Source: Neophaeotheca triangularis
Lineage: Eukaryota
Direction: 5' to 3'
Length of the DNA: 64,000 nucleotides
Assembly: GCA_054600435.1 (NCBI GenBank)
Contig: BAAIJX010000042.1
Coordinates: 62,001-126,000 of the forward strand
Numbering within the stretch: position 1 is the stretch's first letter; the number at the start of each line of letters is the position of its first letter. Of the stretch, positions 59,011 through 64,000 are shown piece after piece. A program made the translations under genes and the position numbers. The notes under the pieces are model-generated. The model worked only from the letters and a program-made list of their open reading frames with translations. It was not told the DNA's origin and searched no databases.

Positions 59011-60604
59011 CTAATAAACCCTCGCCCACCCCCACCCAACTTTAGCAACCCTAACGGCAGCAAAACACACAAAAGCGCAGACGTAGCACAAGCCCGTCCA
59101 AGTCGCCACGCCCCAGTAATCGCCGCCGCAAGCCTCGATGATGGCGCCAGCAATGGGAACACCCGTCAGCGTTCCGAAACTGACGACCGTGTAACAAGTG
59201 GCGTAGTACCGGCCGTACTCTTCCGTGTCGCAGAGCATGGAGACGCAAACGGGGGTGAGGGAGATGTTGGAACCGCTTGCGAAACCCATGAGGATGGCGT
59301 AGGTGACTAGGAGGCCTTCGATTAGGGGGGAGTAGTTGGGGTAGTCGCTGGTGCCGGCGTTGTGGTTGGCGGAGATGACGGTGGCGGGGAGGAAGAGGGC
59401 GATGGAGCTGGACATGCAGAGGAAGATTGCGAGCAGCATGGTGTTGTAGCGGCCAATGCGGTCGGCGATGTAGCCCGGGAGCCAGCGGCCGAAGACGCTG
59501 CCGGCGTTGAAGATGGCGACGATTTGGTAGCTGAAGGCTGAGCTGAGGGCGTTGGTGCTGAGGGCGTAGGAGGTTAGGTAAGTGATGGGGATGAAGAGGC
59601 CCCATTCTAGGAAGTAGGTGCCCACAGTGCAGAGTAGGAAGGCTGGGTCGCGGAAGATTTTGAAGTTTGGGATCACGTTGCCGCCCGGTTTGGGGGGTAG
59701 GCGGGAGCGGATGGTTAAGTTGGCGACTATGAGAAGGACGAGGAAGATGAAACCCAGGATTCGGAGCGACCAGCCCCAGCCAACTTTGGGAAAGAGTTGT
59801 TGCAGCATTAGCGGGAAGATTACGCCGCCGAGGGAGCCACCGGCTGCAGCGATGCCCGTAGCGTTGGCGCGACGTGCATTGAACCAGTGTCCCAGAGCGG
59901 AAACGGCTGGCGTAAAGATGAGGGAAGTGCCCACGCCGCCCAGGATACCAAATGTGAGCATAAAGTGCCAGTATTCTAGATCTCTCGTTAGCAAAACCGG
60001 ATCCACCAGCGGGAAACTTCCAAGCAAACTCACGACTAGAACTGCCCATCAAAAACGCACTCAGCAGCAAACACACCGTCCCCGCCACAACAATCCACCT
60101 AGGCCCATATGCATCAAAAACCGGCCCAATCTGCACGCCACAAAAGAAGCTCAAAAAGATGTATACGCTGAACACCCAGCCGATCTCGCCTTCGCTAAAG
60201 TTGCTGAGCTGGTTGGAAGAGAGGTAGGCCTGGAAGATTCCTATCGTGTTCATGTAGCCGAAGCAAGCCGTCATGCCGGAGAAGGAGCCGAAGACGACGA
60301 GCCAGGCTTGCAGGCCGCCTTCGGGGTATGTGACTTCGGTTTTGTCGGTGGGGTCGGAGGGGGAGGAGAGGGTGGGTTTCTCGTTGGCTTCATCGTGGGA
60401 GGGATTGTCGGGTGGCAAGATGCCTCCCAAAGCGACAGCCTGGGAGTCGGAGGTGGGAGTTTGGTGTGGATTGCATGATTGATCCACGCCGGCGAGGGTG
60501 TTGGGGTTTGGGTTGGAGTTGGAGTTGGATATGGTGGTGGTGTTGGTGTTTGATGCTGGTTTGGGTTTTAGTCCTGGCGTGCTGCCTTTGTCGCTTTGGC
60601 TCAT
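59011..60604 (-). CDS. MFS monocarboxylate-transporter-family protein (Mch-like), ~511 aa
   Basis: Exons 60604-60034 and 59975-59011. [37 protein letters not shown] and [11 protein letters not shown]. Confidence 0.9.
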
Positions 60605-60774
60605 GCGGGGGGAGGATGTTGGATGCCCTGGTTGGGTACTAGTAACTACAGTACGATAGCCTTGATTATGATATTCTCGTCGAGATTCCGATGTACCTAG
60701 CGACAGGCCATGGGAAAGTGTTGTATGTAGTAGACGAATGGGAAAAGAAGGAGAGTCGCTTCCCCGGGGATGGA

Positions 60775-60798
60775 GTAGTAGTAGTAGTAGTAGTAGTA
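60775..60798. repeat. (GTA)8 microsatellite upstream of the transporter
   Basis: Direct reading; followed by complementary TACTACTA, which could form a hairpin. Confidence 0.9.
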
Positions 60799-61657
60799 CC
60801 TTACTACTATTGTGACTCTGCCAAAGAGAGATGCGGAGATGTTGGTTGCCCGTGTCAAGGTTCTCATCGCGTAATGCTGTGGAGTCGAAAAATGCTCGGC
60901 AAAGCCCTTCGGCCCTGTCGCATCCGCCTTCCGTCTTGGGCTTGTCGACTCTACATACTACATTACTATTACCTTGCCTTCCTCTTTGGTCGGGAATAAT
61001 ACAGCAAATGGGAATAAGGAAGTCATACTAGACTGAGCAGCTCACTTGTGATCACTCCGAAAGCACGCCGTTCTCGCACAAGCAAGACATACAACAACAT
61101 TCTTCGAGTGTTTCAACTTTTAGTTCAACCGCATACAAGCAGTACCTGATCTACCTAACTCATCTCCTCCAGCCCAACGCCAATTCAAGCACTCAAATCG
61201 CTAGACTGCAAAGGCCTCATGCCACGCCACATCACAAGTAAGGTGTCGTAGGCACATAGCATCGCTCGGGCATCGCAGTGCCGCTCGGGGGTATCGTGAA
61301 AAAACGCATCGAAACGTGGTAATTGGGAAAACCGCTTCCTGGGGGTCGTAACCGTCCAAGCGAGGTTGGAGGGAAAACGCCTTGGTGGTCAAGAGTCCTG
61401 GCTTCTGTCGCTCGGATACTGTGGTGACGAAAGGATGGAAAAGAATACCGCAAGGGGTGGTCGAGGCAAGAGTCGTGGTTGTAGCCAGATCAAGAGTCGA
61501 AGGGAAACGTGCCGCTATCGTGCTCGTTGTCGTGCCTCTCTACTGGGATCCGGTGGTAACAGTGGTCGTGGTAGCAGTGTCGCATTCCACAGTCGTAAAC
61601 CCCGCAAGCTCAATTGTTTGGTGTTGAAGAAGTGTGTCCGCTGGATTCCACAACTCT

Positions 61658-62365
61658 TCAGCTGCCAGTACCGCGGCCGTGAGTTTGGTAGGACAGCCCG
61701 TTCCCGCCGTTAGGCGCGGAGGGAAGATTGGCAGCGCCGAAACCATACTCGTCGTCCTCGAGGTGAGTATCCTCCATTCCCTGGTTGAGAGTCGGGTACG
61801 GGTTGGGTGGATTGATGCCCCAGGCGTTGGCCTCAGCATAGCTCGGAGCGTCGCGGTACTCTGCACTCCCATGACGACCATCCCCAGCACTCTCCATAGC
61901 CTCCTCTTCACCCTCCATCTCCGTGTCGCCCCCAGCAGCACCGCCGGCCCCATATCCACCCGCAGTCGAAGAAGGAGTGCCCTCTGACACGATCGTCCCG
62001 CCCTCCATCTTGAAATTGCCCTTGGGCCTGTTCTCAATGTCCTTCAAAGCCTGCTCGTAGTACGACTCGAACTCCTTCTCGCTCATGCCGCGCTCCATAG
62101 CCATATCCTTCAACCTCATTTTGCGGTCAATCTCCCGCTGCAAGAAATCCACAGTATCGGTGAGGACTGCGGCTTCCTTGCGACCTTCACCGGGACGACC
62201 TACGAGGACGGCGAGGCGCTCGTAGCCTTTGCGCATTTCTTGGCGGCGGTGGCGCTCGCTGCCGATGTGGTTTTGCTTCTTTTGTTCGTCGGTGAGGCGG
62301 GCCTTTTTGGTCGCGCGGGCTGAGGTGGCGGGCTTGCGCGCGTTACGTGGGGTGTTCTTGGTCAT
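61658..62365 (-). CDS. bHLH transcription factor, INO4-like (235 aa)
   Basis: RLTDEQKKQNHIGSERHRRQEMRKGYERL...GEGRKEAAVL: basic region with H-E-RR followed by helix-loop-helix; good ATG context (ctcaccATG). Confidence 0.8.
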   Translation of the reverse strand: MTKNTPRNARKPATSARATKKARLTDEQKKQNHIGSERHRRQEMRKGYERLAVLVGRPGEGRKEAAVLTDTVDFLQREIDRKMRLKDMAMERGMSEKEFESYYEQALKDIENRPKGNFKMEGGTIVSEGTPSSTAGGYGAGGAAGGDTEMEGEEEAMESAGDGRHGSAEYRDAPSYAEANAWGINPPNPYPTLNQGMEDTHLEDDEYGFGAANLPSAPNGGNGLSYQTHGRGTGS

Positions 62366-63306
62366 GGTGAGGGAGAGGCTCTGGTATCGAGTGGAATCGG
62401 TTATGTAGAGGGGAGTAAGAGTCGGAAGGGTTTGGTAAGACAAGTCGAGGTTTGGTTGTCGGGTTGTGTTTGTGTTCTAGGCTTTGAGAGAGTCGGAGAG
62501 TACAGTGTAGGTATGTATGTGTTCCTTCTTCAGGTCTTGATTTGGAGGGAGGAGGGTGAGAGGTTGGTGGAGGGGACAGAGAGGTGGCAGGAAGGTATAC
62601 CTGCTCGAAGCTCGCGGAAGAAGAGCACGTGGCCAACCAGATTGAGGTGAATGAATGCTTTCCGTGTTTGGCTAGCTCGTTACCAAGAATAGTTGAGTGC
62701 TTCAGTCGAGTATGTGTTCCAATGGGTCTGCGCGACGTGGAATGGGTGAACCAGGTCGAGTCGTGTTATGTTCTCAGGGTGGAAAGTGAACATTAAGTAT
62801 GTGATGAGTAATGGCAGCTGCGAGCATAGCTTCCACAATTCACTTCAGTCAGATTACCAGGAAAATGAGTCTTTGCGAGATGGTCGAATGTAGAGGAGAT
62901 TGTAGTAGGCGTAGTGAGGTAGAGAATGGCATTCTTGAGGTGTACGGTGTAATTGGATTTTGAGGTTGGCAGACTTCCCGGAAATAATGATATCGAAGCA
63001 CGTGAAAGTCGAGGGTGCGACAACTTGAACCTCCTAGCATCTCGGCCCGAAGATGCGACCAATGACGTCTGCGTATCCCTCGTCGAAAATCATCCCGAGA
63101 CTAGCGTGTGTCAAAGTCGGTGGTCGTGGGGCAACGGTAACTAAGGCTACCTACCTACTTACCTTAAGAGCACTGGGCTGTATTGCCCTCGCGCATCAAG
63201 ACGAGACGTGAAACACTTTCCTGCTTCAAAGACATGCCTGCCTATCTTGGACAAACGGAAGGTGGCCTCGTGAAATAATCAACGTCAAGACTTCCACTTC
63301 AGCACC

Positions 63307-63330
63307 CTACCTACCTACCTACCTACCTAC
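63307..63330. repeat. (CTAC)6 microsatellite in a divergent intergenic region
   Basis: Six perfect copies read directly. Confidence 0.9.
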
Positions 63331-63540
63331 AACACCACCTCGACCCTCCTCATTCGCTTCCCCGCTATCATCACCGGAAGTTAGCTCTCACACCACCCGC
63401 CTGCCACTCTACATACTCTACTCTACTTTCTTGCTCCATACCCATGGGATGAACAGTGTCCCCTCACGCTCGACACAAAGCCTCTGAGTGGCCAACAACC
63501 CTCTATCACTGCTACCACCACAACCACCGCCGCCGCAGAC

Positions 63541-64000
63541 ATGCCCTCCTCATCCGCCCGATCGAGCATCAACAGTAGGCGCGTTCCCAGCGCAGCAACC
63601 CAAAGCCGCATGCAACGCCATGTCTCCTACGCCAAACGTGCCCCTCCCAGCGACCACGACGCCTACATCTGGGCCCTGCGCTCTGCTTTCCTCGCCTACC
63701 TCCTTCAGCCGCGACAAAAGCGCATCCAGCACGTCGCCAACACCTCAAAGCCTATCCAACGCAGCAGTACCAGCATCAACGACCTCGTCAAAGACTTCTC
63801 CCTCATTCGCGACAGCAAGAGCACCAAATTTCCCCATGGATTCATGGCAGCACTGGATAAGCGCATTACTGGTGTTCTCGTGGGGCAGGAGCGCATGCCA
63901 GAGTACGCTGACAGCAACGTCAAGCGCACATTTGCGAATTTTTTGAATGAGTTCAAGAATCCAACTTTCCGCAAAAGTATGGAGAAGGACAGACGGGTGG
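63541..64000 (+). CDS. 5' part of a conserved fungal C2/MUN-domain protein (Git1-like); runs off the window
   Basis: Absent from the ORF track because it has no stop. My translation: MPSSSARSS...AYIWALRSAFLAYLLQPRQKR...KFPHGFMAALDKRITGVL...VKRTFANFLNEF...MEKDRRV, open to the window end. Family recognised from memory; the C2 domain itself lies outside the window. Confidence 0.7.
   Translation, partial: MPSSSARSSINSRRVPSAATQSRMQRHVSYAKRAPPSDHDAYIWALRSAFLAYLLQPRQKRIQHVANTSKPIQRSSTSINDLVKDFSLIRDSKSTKFPHGFMAALDKRITGVLVGQERMPEYADSNVKRTFANFLNEFKNPTFRKSMEKDRRV

Overview
Eukaryotic DNA from a filamentous ascomycete, probably a Dothideomycete (inferred from gene content and short GT-AG introns with CTRAC branch sites; RPB2 would settle it). 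I built about 21 gene models by hand. The first ~8.6 kb looks lineage-specific: two orphan ORFs and two tandem non-RD protein kinase paralogues sharing an unrecognised N-terminal domain. It ends at a ~615-bp AT-rich fold-back element (8632-9246) with 22-bp terminal inverted repeats and 12-bp-phased ACTAGT arrays that look RIP-derived. A dense core block follows: Kelch-BTB (Ral2-like), CDC20, L-rhamnose dehydrogenase, RPB2, PPIL4-type cyclophilin, L-rhamnonolactonase, DHDPS-family aldolase, ROK1 and ATP20. The L-rhamnose-type genes are therefore interleaved with essential genes, and no dehydratase is in the window. Next come a Cps1-type GT2 synthase between long gene-free stretches and an apparently decaying mini-cluster (reductase relic, Dal5-type permease with one premature stop, FAD monooxygenase). 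The window closes with a Zn2Cys6 factor, a DDX60-like helicase, a Zn-dependent dehydrogenase, an MCT transporter, an INO4-like bHLH and the 5' end of a Git1-like gene. Window-wide I see repeated C-rich to G-rich strand-skew pivots and recurrent TACCT/CTAG palindromes in intergenic DNA. No tRNA, rRNA or CRISPR array is supported. Family assignments come from motif recognition only; no searches were run.
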